Part shown: positions 28,390-38,013 of the stretch, in pieces
How the letters are laid out: each line of letters begins with the position of its first letter
Numbering within the stretch: position 1 is the first letter of the stretch
Assembly: GCA_963813815.1 (NCBI GenBank)
Contig: CAWFAD010000007.1
Location: forward strand, 384,001 to 448,000
Direction: 5' to 3'
Length of the DNA stretch: 64,000 bases
Origin: an uncultured bacterium
Lineage (GTDB): Bacteria > Krumholzibacteriota > Krumholzibacteriia > Krumholzibacteriales > Krumholzibacteriaceae
Translations under genes and position numbers: made by a program
Notes under the pieces: model-generated
The model's database searches: none
Seen by the model: the letters and a program-made list of their open reading frames with translations, nothing else
What the model was told of the DNA's origin: nothing

Positions 28390-30465
28390 ATGGACCTGTC
28401 CATCATCATCGTCACCTACAACAGCCGCGCCCCCGTCGAGCGCTGTCTCGCCTCGCTCGAAAGGCATCCCGCCTCGGGGCTCGCCGAGACGATCGTCGTC
28501 GACAACGCCTCTTCCGACGGCACCGCGGAGACGGTGCGCGGGCGATTTCCCGGCGTGCGCGTCGTCGCGAACGCGGAGAACCGGGGATACTCCCGGGGCG
28601 TGAACCAGGGCATCCATTCCTCGACCGGGCGCCTCATCCTCATTCTCAATCCCGACATCGTCGTCGGCGAGGGTTCGATCGACCGGCTCGCCTCTTTCAT
28701 GGCGGAACATCCCGACGCGGGCATCGCCGGGGCCAAGCTCGTGTATCCCGACGGCACGCTCCAGTATTCCGCGCGGGCCTTCTACACGCCGAGCGCGCTC
28801 CTCTTCCGCCGGACCGTTCTCGGCAGGATGTTCCCGAGGGCGAAGCCGCTCCGCGATCACCTCCTCATGGACGACGGCCATGCCGTCTCCCGCGAGGTCG
28901 ATTGGATCATCGGCGCCTGCATGCTCGTGCGGCGCGCGGCGCTCGAACAGGTGGGGGCGATGGACGAGCGCTTCTTCCTCTACTTCGAGGATCTCGACTG
29001 GTGCTACCGCATGAAGCAACGCGGCTGGAAGGTGTGCTACGTTCCCGACTCGGTCATGGTTCATACCTACGAGCGCTCGAGCGCGCGATCCGTTTTCCGC
29101 AAGCCCTTCATCATTCACATTCTGAGCCTCCTGCGATACTACGAGAAATGGAACCGGCTCTTCTACTTCCTGCGCCGCAATCGAGGGGCGGCCAAGACGC
29201 TCGTGCTCGCCGCCGGCGATCTCGCGGCGTTGAACGCCGCCTTCTTCGCGGCGTACTACGCGCGGGTGCTCGCGCAGCCGTTCTTTACCCACGAGCTCTA
29301 TCCGGTGAGCTGGTACGGATCGTTCATGGGCTTCTACAACCTCGTCCTTCTCCTCACTTTTTTCGCCTTCGGGCTCTACGGCGTGCGCCGGGAGACGCCC
29401 CCCGAGGAGGAGGTTCTCCGCGTCGTCCGGGCGGTGTTTCTCGGACTCGTCATTCTCATGGCGGCGACCTACATGAGCAGGGTTCGCATCTATTCGCGCG
29501 CGGTCGTCATCGCTCAGGGGGCGCTCGCGATCGTCCTCGTCTCGCTCTCCCGTCGGGCCATCCGCGCCATGCACGGCACGCTCGTGAGGGCGCGATTCGA
29601 TCTCAAGCGCGTCCTCATCGTCGGAACGCGCGAGGAGGCGGCGGCGCTCTCCGAGCAGTTCGCCGGGCTCCCCGAGCTCGGGATCGACGTCGTCGGCTTT
29701 CTGGGCGGCTCCGGAGACGGTCTCGGCGCCATCGCGGACCTGTCGGACGTGGTGGAGCGGTTCACGATTCAGGAGGTCGTCATCTGCGAGTCTCATCAGG
29801 GGGACCGGACGCTCGTGCCCTTTCTCTCGCGGGTGCGCCGCCGCATGATCCAGATAACGATGGTGTCCCCGCTCGCGCGCTTTCTCGGGAGAGGCGCCCG
29901 AGTGGAGGAGCTCGCGGGCCTGCACGTATTTTCCATGGAACGCCGGTCGTATCTCTGGTTCGAGCGCGGCATGAAGAGGCTCTTCGACGGGGCGGCCGGA
30001 ATCGCCGTCCTTCCGTTCGCCCTATTTGCCTCCGGCGTCTTCCGGATCTATGGTACACTGACCCGCCGGGTTCGCTTTTTCGCGGAGGCGCGGCGGGGGA
30101 GGGGCGGGGACGCGATTCGGTGGCCGCGAGCCGTCCGCGCGTCGGGGCGCGAAGCGGGAGATCTCGTGAAACCGGCGCTCTGGCTCTCGCTCGTCGTCGG
30201 TCGGCTCAGCCTCGTCGGCCCGCCGGCGCTCCCCGGGGCGCCCGCCGCGGGCCTCGCCGCGGCGCTCGATTCCGTGCGGCCCGGCATCACGGGGCGCTGG
30301 CGCATCGCGAGGCACGGCGACGCTCGAGAGGCGCTCGAGGAGGAGGCGCTCGCGCTCAGCTCATGGTCCTCGAGCCGGGATCTCGTGATTTTGCTCGCCT
30401 CTCTCGGGGGCATCTGGTCGGGATCGTATCCGGCGTGGTTCCACGGCAAGGGGGATGCATCGTGA
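28390..30465 (+). CDS. GT2 fused to TM/Rossmann and degenerate WbaP/WcaJ-like sugar-transferase domain
   Basis: GT2 (VDNASSDG, LNPD, FLYFEDLDW); then TMs, VLIVG, KRLFD, LSLVGP, RPGITG. Confidence 0.82.
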   Translation: MDLSIIIVTYNSRAPVERCLASLERHPASGLAETIVVDNASSDGTAETVRGRFPGVRVVANAENRGYSRGVNQGIHSSTGRLILILNPDIVVGEGSIDRLASFMAEHPDAGIAGAKLVYPDGTLQYSARAFYTPSALLFRRTVLGRMFPRAKPLRDHLLMDDGHAVSREVDWIIGACMLVRRAALEQVGAMDERFFLYFEDLDWCYRMKQRGWKVCYVPDSVMVHTYERSSARSVFRKPFIIHILSLLRYYEKWNRLFYFLRRNRGAAKTLVLAAGDLAALNAAFFAAYYARVLAQPFFTHELYPVSWYGSFMGFYNLVLLLTFFAFGLYGVRRETPPEEEVLRVVRAVFLGLVILMAATYMSRVRIYSRAVVIAQGALAIVLVSLSRRAIRAMHGTLVRARFDLKRVLIVGTREEAAALSEQFAGLPELGIDVVGFLGGSGDGLGAIADLSDVVERFTIQEVVICESHQGDRTLVPFLSRVRRRMIQITMVSPLARFLGRGARVEELAGLHVFSMERRSYLWFERGMKRLFDGAAGIAVLPFALFASGVFRIYGTLTRRVRFFAEARRGRGGDAIRWPRAVRASGREAGDLVKPALWLSLVVGRLSLVGPPALPGAPAAGLAAALDSVRPGITGRWRIARHGDAREALEEEALALSSWSSSRDLVILLASLGGIWSGSYPAWFHGKGDAS

Positions 30466-32780
30466 AAAGGCTCGTGATCGCCGCGGCGCTCGCCGCGCTC
30501 GCGACGGCGTCGACGGCGCGGGGCGTGGGCGGCGACTGGAACATCTGGTGCAACGCGAGCGGCGTCAACCGCATCATGGTCGCCGGCGACTCGCTCTGGT
30601 GCGCGACGCGCGGCGGCATCATGGTCATGAACCTCCTCGACTCGACGTTCGCCCGGCACCTCGACGGCCTCGGGTTCCTGTCGACGGACGTCACGGCGAT
30701 CGCGATCGACCGCCGCGGGAGCGTCTGGGCGGGATTCACGACGACGGGAGCGGCGCGAATCGACCGCTTCGCGCCCGACGCGATCGTAAAGCTCTACGGC
30801 TCCGCGATCGACGGGCTGCTGAGCGACAGCGTCACCTGTCTCGCCGTCGCGGGAGACGACGTCTACTACGGCTCGCGTTCCGGCGTGGCCAAATTCTACG
30901 AGAATCTGCATTCCTACGAGACGGTGCTCACCGACAGCCTCGAGGGCGTGCCGGTGCACGATCTCCTCGTCCGGGACGACACGCTTTTCGTCGCCTGCGA
31001 ACGGGGCGTGGCGCGATTCAACCGTCTTACCTTCGCCTACCGGCTCGACCGGATCGGCAAGTCGGTGTCCCTCTGCGTCCACGAGGGCGCGGTGCACGCC
31101 GCGACGGAGTTCGGCGTGCAGCGTCTCGCCGGCTCGTCGTGGACGTCGCTCGGCTTGCCCGGGGGATACGCGCCGCTCGCGGTGGCGGCAGGCTCGGGGG
31201 CGCTCCACTCGATCACCGAGGGGCGGGCCTTTTCCTGGAGCGGATCGTCGTGGATCGAGATCACGGCGGATATGAAGACGACGCTGAGCGAGCGTTACAA
31301 GATCTTTTCGCAGTTCAACGTGCCGCGCACGATCGCCGTCGACCGTCGCGGCACGCTCTGGCTCGGGGGGGTCGCGTTTCAGCTCGACCGCGGCGCCTAC
31401 CTTTTCCACTACGACGGCGGCGGCTGGATCAACGAAGCCCCCGTGGAGCTCTCGCAGAGCGGCGTCCTCGCCCTCTCCCTCGAGCAGGGCGGGGAGCCTT
31501 GGGTGAGCACGAAGCATTTCGGAGTGAGCGTGCGGCGCGACGACGACACGTGGCTGCAGTACACGAAGCTCCGCACCGTGTCGGATCCCGAGGGGTTTTC
31601 GTACTTTTCCTTCATGCTCGCCTTTCTCCTCGATTCGCAGGGGTATCTCTGGTGCAACGTGATCGGGAACGACCTCGACCGGGTCGCGGTGAACGACCCG
31701 GCGGTGCAGGACGACGACGTGTGGACGCACTACGCCCTCAACACGGGAACGATCACGTCGAACCGGTACGTGAAAATCAGGGAGGATCCCGCCGGTAACC
31801 GCTGGTTCCTCTCCCATGACGAGGTTGCGGGAATGTGGGGCGTCGATATCCTGAGCGCGGACGGGGCGCACTGGCTCGCCGTCAACCCCTCGATCGAGCC
31901 CCGGATGGCGGGGGGAAACGTGTTCGACGTGGCCTTCGGGGCCAACGGCACGGCGTATCTCGCGCTCCGGAACTACGGGCTGCAGGCGTGGGTGACGGGG
32001 GGGTACGATTGGACCAATCTGAGCGCTCTCGCCGGCGACTCGTGGTCGACGCTCCTGGGCCCCGACGATCTCGCGAGCAAGACGATCTACTGCTGCGAGC
32101 GCGGGACCGACGGAACGGTCTGGCTCGGCACGGCGAGCGGCCTCGTCCGCTACCGTTCGGGCGCCGTCGATTCCTTCACCGTTAAAACCGAGCCGGGGGA
32201 ACAAGGACTCCTCGGGGCCCTCGTCTACGATCTCGAGTACGACGGCGGGGGCAATCTCTGGGTCGCGACGGACCAGGGGTTGAACCGTATCGATGGCGAA
32301 GACGCCATCGCCGCCTACACGACCTACGACGCCTGGGACGGGAACCTGTACGCGAGCTCGGTCATTTCGCCGCTTCCCTCGGCGGTGTGCCAGGCGCTCG
32401 CGTACGACGCCGACGCCGATCTTCTCTGGGTCGGCACGGCGAACGGATTGGCGCGGCTCGACGTTGCGCCGCCGGAGGCGGTCGTCATCCCGCTCTCGCG
32501 GATGATCCTCTATCCCAATCCGGTGCATTTGGCGCGGGGGGACGTCGCGCTCCGCGTCGGCCGCATTTCCTCGCCGGTCTCGATCCGCGTGTACACGGTC
32601 GAGGGGGAGCTCGTGCACGAGATCGACGGCGTGGCGGACGGCGAGGTGGCCTGGGATCTTCTCACCCTGAGCGGGTTCAAGGCGACCTCGGGAATTTACA
32701 TCGTCAGGGTGAGCGAGAGAGGCCCCGACGGAACGAGCGGGACGTCCGTCGAAACGAGAAAGATAGCCGTCATTCGATGA
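30462..32780 (+). CDS. Secreted beta-propeller protein (PorZ-like) with T9SS/FlgD-type C-terminal domain
   Basis: Signal peptide; repeated LW-x-GT-x-x-GL propeller blades; YPNPV...IRVYTVEGELV...WD...SGIYIV...KIAVIR. Confidence 0.8.
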   Translation: MKRLVIAAALAALATASTARGVGGDWNIWCNASGVNRIMVAGDSLWCATRGGIMVMNLLDSTFARHLDGLGFLSTDVTAIAIDRRGSVWAGFTTTGAARIDRFAPDAIVKLYGSAIDGLLSDSVTCLAVAGDDVYYGSRSGVAKFYENLHSYETVLTDSLEGVPVHDLLVRDDTLFVACERGVARFNRLTFAYRLDRIGKSVSLCVHEGAVHAATEFGVQRLAGSSWTSLGLPGGYAPLAVAAGSGALHSITEGRAFSWSGSSWIEITADMKTTLSERYKIFSQFNVPRTIAVDRRGTLWLGGVAFQLDRGAYLFHYDGGGWINEAPVELSQSGVLALSLEQGGEPWVSTKHFGVSVRRDDDTWLQYTKLRTVSDPEGFSYFSFMLAFLLDSQGYLWCNVIGNDLDRVAVNDPAVQDDDVWTHYALNTGTITSNRYVKIREDPAGNRWFLSHDEVAGMWGVDILSADGAHWLAVNPSIEPRMAGGNVFDVAFGANGTAYLALRNYGLQAWVTGGYDWTNLSALAGDSWSTLLGPDDLASKTIYCCERGTDGTVWLGTASGLVRYRSGAVDSFTVKTEPGEQGLLGALVYDLEYDGGGNLWVATDQGLNRIDGEDAIAAYTTYDAWDGNLYASSVISPLPSAVCQALAYDADADLLWVGTANGLARLDVAPPEAVVIPLSRMILYPNPVHLARGDVALRVGRISSPVSIRVYTVEGELVHEIDGVADGEVAWDLLTLSGFKATSGIYIVRVSERGPDGTSGTSVETRKIAVIR

Positions 32781-34240
32781 GCGAGTGCGCGGAGAAACGG
32801 ATCCTCATCGTCGGCGCGGGAGAGGCCGCGCGGATGGTCGCCGACGAGATCGCGGCCCATCCCGAGCTCGCCTCGCGCGCCGTCGGGTACCTCGACGACG
32901 CGCCGGAGCTCGTCGGCCGGACGATCGCCGGAGTTCCCGTGCTCGGCCGCACGGAGGAGCTCGAGGATGTCGTTCTGCGGGAGAAGGCGGGCGAGGTCAT
33001 CATCGCCATCCCGACGGCGCGAGGGGCGTTCGTTCGTGGAATGATCAAGCGCTGCCGGCGCGCCGGAGTGCCGTTCAAGATCGTGCCGGGAGTCATGGAG
33101 ATCATCACGGGGGAAGTGCGGATCGATCAGATCCGCGAGGTCCGCGTCGAGGATCTCATGGGGAGGGAGACGGTCGATCTCGATCCCGGCCCCGCGCGCG
33201 GCGTCATCGCCGGAAAGCCGGTGCTCGTCACCGGCGCCGGAGGCTCGATCGGAGGCGAGCTCTGCCGCCAGATCGCTCGCGTCGGCCCCCGGTCGCTCCT
33301 ACTGCTCGGGCGGGGGGAGAACCGCATCTTCGAGATCGAGGACGAGCTTCGCTCGGCGTACCCGTGCCTCGAAATCAGAACGTGCATCACCGATCTCCGC
33401 GACCGGGAGCGGACGCGCCGCATCGTGCGCGAGTACGCCCCGGAGGTCATCTACCACGCCGCGGCGCACAAACACGTTCACTACATGGAGCGCGATCCAG
33501 AGGAGGCGGTGACGAACAACGTCGAGGCGAGCGTTCATCTCGTGCGCGCCGCCGAGGAGTTCGGCGTTTCCCGGTTCGTGTTCATCTCGACCGACAAGGC
33601 CGCGAGCCCCCGCGGCGTCATGGGGGCGACGAAGCGGATCTTCGAGGGGTACCTGCGGGCGCGGAGCGCCGCGAGCCCCGCACGCCTCATCGCGGTGCGG
33701 TTCGGCAACGTCATCGGGAGCACGGGGAGCGTGGTTCCCCTCTTTCTCAAGCAGATCCGCCGCGGGGGGCCCGTCACGGTCAGCGATCCCCGCGCCACGC
33801 GCTACTTCATGACGGTGCGGGAGGCGGCGCTGCTCGTCATCCGCGCCTCGATGATCGGGAAGGGCGGAGAGATTTTCATACTCGACATGGGAGAGGCGCT
33901 CAACATGCTCGAGGTCGCTCAGGATCTCATCATGCTGGCCGGCTACGAGCCCGGGACGGAGATTCCGATCGTCGTCACGGGGCTCCGCGACGGAGAGAAG
34001 ATCCACGAAACGCTCGTCGGAGCGGACGAGCGGCTCCGTCCCGCGGGCGAGGAAAAGCTCTTTATCGCCGAGCAGGGCCGTCCCCTGCCGGCGGGATTCG
34101 AGGCCGGCGTCGACGAGCTCATCGCGTTCGCCCGCGCCGGCGACCGCCCGCGCGTGCTCGAGCGCATGGCGTCGCTCGTCCCGGGATTCGGCGGGGACGG
34201 CGGTCCGGACGACGGGGAATGCGCCGGCACGGGGCGATGA
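32777..34240 (+). CDS. CapD/PglF-like nucleotide-sugar 4,6-dehydratase, no N-terminal TMs
   Basis: IVGAGEA, VTGAGGSIGGEL, HAAAHKHV, STDKA, MGATKR, VRFGNV, TRYFMT. Confidence 0.9.
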   Translation: MSECAEKRILIVGAGEAARMVADEIAAHPELASRAVGYLDDAPELVGRTIAGVPVLGRTEELEDVVLREKAGEVIIAIPTARGAFVRGMIKRCRRAGVPFKIVPGVMEIITGEVRIDQIREVRVEDLMGRETVDLDPGPARGVIAGKPVLVTGAGGSIGGELCRQIARVGPRSLLLLGRGENRIFEIEDELRSAYPCLEIRTCITDLRDRERTRRIVREYAPEVIYHAAAHKHVHYMERDPEEAVTNNVEASVHLVRAAEEFGVSRFVFISTDKAASPRGVMGATKRIFEGYLRARSAASPARLIAVRFGNVIGSTGSVVPLFLKQIRRGGPVTVSDPRATRYFMTVREAALLVIRASMIGKGGEIFILDMGEALNMLEVAQDLIMLAGYEPGTEIPIVVTGLRDGEKIHETLVGADERLRPAGEEKLFIAEQGRPLPAGFEAGVDELIAFARAGDRPRVLERMASLVPGFGGDGGPDDGECAGTGR

Positions 34241-34247
34241 GGCGCCG

Positions 34248-35204
34248 GTGATGGGAGAATCCCGCAATCGACCAGCGCCGGACGAGATCGAGAGCTTCGC
34301 GCGCGCCCACCCGGAGGCGACCTTCTTTCATACCGCCGCATGGCTCGAGCCGCTCGCGGCCTCTTTCCCCCGGTACGACATATTCTGGCTCGCCGAGCGC
34401 GAGGGCGGAGCGCTCGCGGGGGCCATGCCCGTCGCGCGGGTCCCCCGGGGCCCCTTCCATCATCTTTTGTCGCTTCCCTTCGGCGCCTACGGCGATCCCC
34501 TCGCGTTGAGCGCCGGCGCGCGGGAGGCTCTCTTCGAGCGGTTTTTCGCGCAGGCCCGCTCGCCGCTATGCCTCACGGCGTCGATCCATCTCTTCGGCGG
34601 CCGGATTCCAGCGGCGCTGCCGCGCGGCGCCGCGATCCGCACGGAGGAGTGCCGCCTCGTGCCGCTCGCCGGCGGCATCGAGGAGGTATGGAACCGGGCG
34701 AGCGGCAAACGGCGCCAGCTCGCCCGACGGGGGGAGCGCGCCGGGCTCGCCGTCCGCTTCCTCGAAAGCGAAGAAGAGGTCCGGCGGTTTCACGCGATCT
34801 ACGCGGCCGAATCGAGGGGCTGGGGAGGGATTCATCCGTACCCGGAGCGGCTCTTCATCGAGCTCTGGAGGCGCCGCGCGGAAGGCGTGGCCATGACCGG
34901 CGCCTTTCTCGGGGTCGAGCTGCTCGGCGGCCACGTCGACTTCTTTCACGGCGCGATGGGGCAGGCGTGGCAAGGGGGGATGACGCCCCGTGCGAACGAA
35001 TACGAGGCGGCCTCTCTCTGCATACGGCGGGCGATGGCGGAGGCATGCGATCGGGGCATGCCGACCTTCAATCTCGGCTCGAGCGCGGGGGAGCGGGGCA
35101 TCGTCTTTTTCAAGGAATCGCTCGGCGGAGTCGAGCACCGCTATCCCGTCGTGACGATGCGGGGCGCCGCGGGACGGCTTCTCGGCGGGAGGCGCGGACG
35201 GTGA
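34248..35204 (+). CDS. FemAB-like GNAT protein
   Basis: ATFFHTAAW, LLSLPFGAYG, FNLGSS...GIVFFKESLGG. Confidence 0.78.
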   Translation: MMGESRNRPAPDEIESFARAHPEATFFHTAAWLEPLAASFPRYDIFWLAEREGGALAGAMPVARVPRGPFHHLLSLPFGAYGDPLALSAGAREALFERFFAQARSPLCLTASIHLFGGRIPAALPRGAAIRTEECRLVPLAGGIEEVWNRASGKRRQLARRGERAGLAVRFLESEEEVRRFHAIYAAESRGWGGIHPYPERLFIELWRRRAEGVAMTGAFLGVELLGGHVDFFHGAMGQAWQGGMTPRANEYEAASLCIRRAMAEACDRGMPTFNLGSSAGERGIVFFKESLGGVEHRYPVVTMRGAAGRLLGGRRGR

Positions 35205-36721
35205 CGAAGTCGAGGATCACCGAGAACACGATCTTCCTCACGGCGAGCGGCGCGGCGAGCGTGGTCTTCACGCTCGCACAGCTCGCGCTGCTGAGCCGTT
35301 TCATGAGCGTGAACGAGTTCGGCCTGTTCGTCACGCTCCGGGGCTTTTCCCTGCTGCTCGCGACGGTCGTTCTCGTCGGTCTTCCGCAGGTGCTCGTGCG
35401 GTTTCTTCCGACCTTCGCGGTGCGCGGCAGAGGCAGCCGGTCGATAGCGATTTTCATCGGAGCGGCGGCGCTCGTCACGGCGCTCGGCGTCGCTCTGCAG
35501 GGGACCTCCGGGCTCTGGAGCCGGCTGCTGCCGGAACCCGTGCGCGCGCTTCAGGGCTCCAGCGCGCTCATGCTCTGGATCACGCTCTCGTCCGTCACGC
35601 TCGCGCTCAAGATGCTCCTCTACGGAGGATTCAACGGGCTGCGGGAGATGCGGATGCAGATGCTCCTCGAGCTCGTCTACCTTTTCCTTCTCACCGCCTA
35701 TTTCGTGTACGACCGCGAGCGGCTCGACGTCACCTTCATCTTCGCGGCCATGTTTTTTCTGAACGGGGCGGTATTCGCCGCCGGGGTGCCCGTGTTCATC
35801 CGGATGGCGCAGGACTCGGCCGAAAGCGCCCCGGCGCGCGGAAGCGGGATCGTCGTGCCGAACCTATTCGCGTACTGGGCCGGCTCGCTCTGCCTCAGCG
35901 TCGTCGCGCTCGCCTTCACCGACGTCGACCGCTTCGTGATGTCCTCCGTGCTGCCGATGGCGGCGATCTCGCTCTTCCACGTGGCGTCCCGCGTCGACGC
36001 GCTCCTCAAGCGGTTCCTCGCCCTGCCCGTGCTCGCCGCGCAGCCCGAGATCACCCGGGTCTACGAGGAAGGGCGGTGGCCGGACATCGCCTCGCGGATC
36101 GGGCTCTTCACGAAGGGAATGGTCGTCGCGGCGCTCTTCTGCACGGCGCTCTTCGCCGTGATAGGAAGGGACATCATCGTGCTTCTGTCGGGGAGCGGCT
36201 ACGCCGGGGCGTACCGGGTCTTTCTCGTTTTGTTGATCACGGTGCCGTTCGCGGCGGTGGCCGCGCCGCTTCTCGCGACGATGCGCTCTCTCCATTTCAT
36301 GCGCTGGGCGGTTTTCTGCGATTTCGTCTGGATGGCGGTCTACTTCGGGACGTTTTTCTTCTTCGCGTCGGCCCTCGGGCCCGAGGGAATGGCCGCGGCT
36401 CAGGTCGCGGCCTCGGTCGTGCAGGCGGCGGCCGCGGTATCGCTCGCGAGGCGCGGCGGCTTCTTCGACGGCGCGGGGCCGCGGGTCGGCCGCGTCCTCC
36501 TGGTCCTCGTCCCGGCGACCGCCTGCGGCATGCTCGTCACTTCCCGCGTGCCGCTCTACGCCTCGATCGTCATACTCGCCCTCGCCCCCGCGGGGGCCCG
36601 CGCGATGCTCCGCTCTCTCCGGGTCTTCGACGCCGCCGAGAGGGAGCGGATTCTCGCCCTCGTCACGGTCCCGGCGGGAAGGAGGTTCGCGTCGTGGATG
36701 CTCTCCGCGGGCGGCCGCTGA
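35201..36721 (+). CDS. Wzx-like oligosaccharide flippase (MOP superfamily)
   Basis: About 12-14 TMs; NTIFL, LSRFMSVNEFG, GLPQVLVRF, VDRFVM. Confidence 0.8.
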   Translation: MTKSRITENTIFLTASGAASVVFTLAQLALLSRFMSVNEFGLFVTLRGFSLLLATVVLVGLPQVLVRFLPTFAVRGRGSRSIAIFIGAAALVTALGVALQGTSGLWSRLLPEPVRALQGSSALMLWITLSSVTLALKMLLYGGFNGLREMRMQMLLELVYLFLLTAYFVYDRERLDVTFIFAAMFFLNGAVFAAGVPVFIRMAQDSAESAPARGSGIVVPNLFAYWAGSLCLSVVALAFTDVDRFVMSSVLPMAAISLFHVASRVDALLKRFLALPVLAAQPEITRVYEEGRWPDIASRIGLFTKGMVVAALFCTALFAVIGRDIIVLLSGSGYAGAYRVFLVLLITVPFAAVAAPLLATMRSLHFMRWAVFCDFVWMAVYFGTFFFFASALGPEGMAAAQVAASVVQAAAAVSLARRGGFFDGAGPRVGRVLLVLVPATACGMLVTSRVPLYASIVILALAPAGARAMLRSLRVFDAAERERILALVTVPAGRRFASWMLSAGGR

Positions 36722-36738
36722 CGCACCGGCGTCTTCTC

Positions 36739-38013
36739 ATGATCATCAATTTTTTCCCGCCGGCGGGCGGAGGGGGCGTCTATCGGCCCCTTTCGTTCGT
36801 GAAGTATCTCGCGCGGCTCGGCTGGGAGATCACGGTGGTCACGCCGCGTCCGGGGGAGTTCTGGATATCCGATCCCGGGCTCGAGCGCGAAGTGCCCCCT
36901 TCCGTGCGCGTCGTCCGCACGTCGTCCTTCTCCGGGTTCCGCCTGCTCGGGTTTCTTCGAGCGGGGAAGGGGCGGGGAGGGTCGAGGCGGTCGTCGGGCG
37001 GCTTCGGAGCGCTGAGAAGGCTCGGCGAGCTCGTGCTCGTTCCCGACACGTACGCGGGATGGGTTCCGTTCGCCGCGAGAGCGGCGGGACGCCTTGCCTC
37101 TTCCGGGGGGTTCGACGCCGTGTACTCGACGAGCCCTCCCGACAGCGCTCATCTCGCCGCGATGATGGTCGCCCGCGGTCGCCGCCTGCCGTGGGTCGCC
37201 GACTTCCGCGATCCGTGGATCAATCTCCACCTGCGCAAACCCCCGACCCCGGTCCACCGTTTGCTCCACGAGCGCATGGAGAGGGCGGTGTCGCGGGCAG
37301 ACCTCGTCCTCGTCACGTCCGAAGCGCATGAGTCGCAGCTCCGGCGGCGCTACCCGTCGAGCCGCGTCGAGCGCATCCCGAACGGGTACGACGAGGAGGA
37401 TTTCGCCGGAGAGGGCACGCCGCGCCCGCCGGCGGAGCCGTTCACCGTCACGCACTGCGGCATGCTGACCCTCGGACGGAGCGTGCAGCCCTTTCTCGAG
37501 GGGCTCGCCGAGCTCGAGCGGCGCGCGCCGGCCAAGGTGGAGGCGATGCGCGTCGTCTTCATTGGCGCCCGGGAGACGGCGAACGAGGAGACGGCGAGAC
37601 GGCTCGGGCTTGCGGCCCGCGTCCGTTTCGAGGATAATCTGCCGCATCGCGAGGTCGTTCGTCGCGAGCGCGAGAGCCACGTTCTGCTCCTCGTCAAGCA
37701 CGACGACGAGCGCTACCGCGGTCTCGTTCCGGGAAAGCTGTACGAATACATCGGCGCCCGGCGGCCGATCCTCGCCGTCGCCCAGGAGGGGGAAGCGGCG
37801 CGCATCGTCGCCGGTCTCCGGCGGGGCGAGGTCGCCGCTATCGACGATCCAAAGGACGTGGCGGCGAAGCTCGAGCTGCTGTACGACCGCTGGCGCGCCG
37901 GCGCGCTCGAGAGCCGTTACGATCTCCGCGAGGCGCCGGAGCTCAGCCGTCGCGCCGCGGCGGAGAGGCTCGGAGCGCTCCTCGACGCGCTCGTGAGGGA
38001 GCCATGCAGATAA
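36739..38013 (+). CDS. Glycosyltransferase family 4
   Basis: FFPPAGGGGVYR, STSPP, ADFRDPW, IPNGYD, PGKLYEY; may start at CTG 36718. Confidence 0.88.
   Translation: MIINFFPPAGGGGVYRPLSFVKYLARLGWEITVVTPRPGEFWISDPGLEREVPPSVRVVRTSSFSGFRLLGFLRAGKGRGGSRRSSGGFGALRRLGELVLVPDTYAGWVPFAARAAGRLASSGGFDAVYSTSPPDSAHLAAMMVARGRRLPWVADFRDPWINLHLRKPPTPVHRLLHERMERAVSRADLVLVTSEAHESQLRRRYPSSRVERIPNGYDEEDFAGEGTPRPPAEPFTVTHCGMLTLGRSVQPFLEGLAELERRAPAKVEAMRVVFIGARETANEETARRLGLAARVRFEDNLPHREVVRRERESHVLLLVKHDDERYRGLVPGKLYEYIGARRPILAVAQEGEAARIVAGLRRGEVAAIDDPKDVAAKLELLYDRWRAGALESRYDLREAPELSRRAAAERLGALLDALVREPCR

Noticed and set aside
28131..32780. 1549-aa ORF as one giant protein
   Set aside because: First half is an off-frame read of the Ppm1 and GT2 genes; the real protein starts at GTG 30462 with a signal peptide
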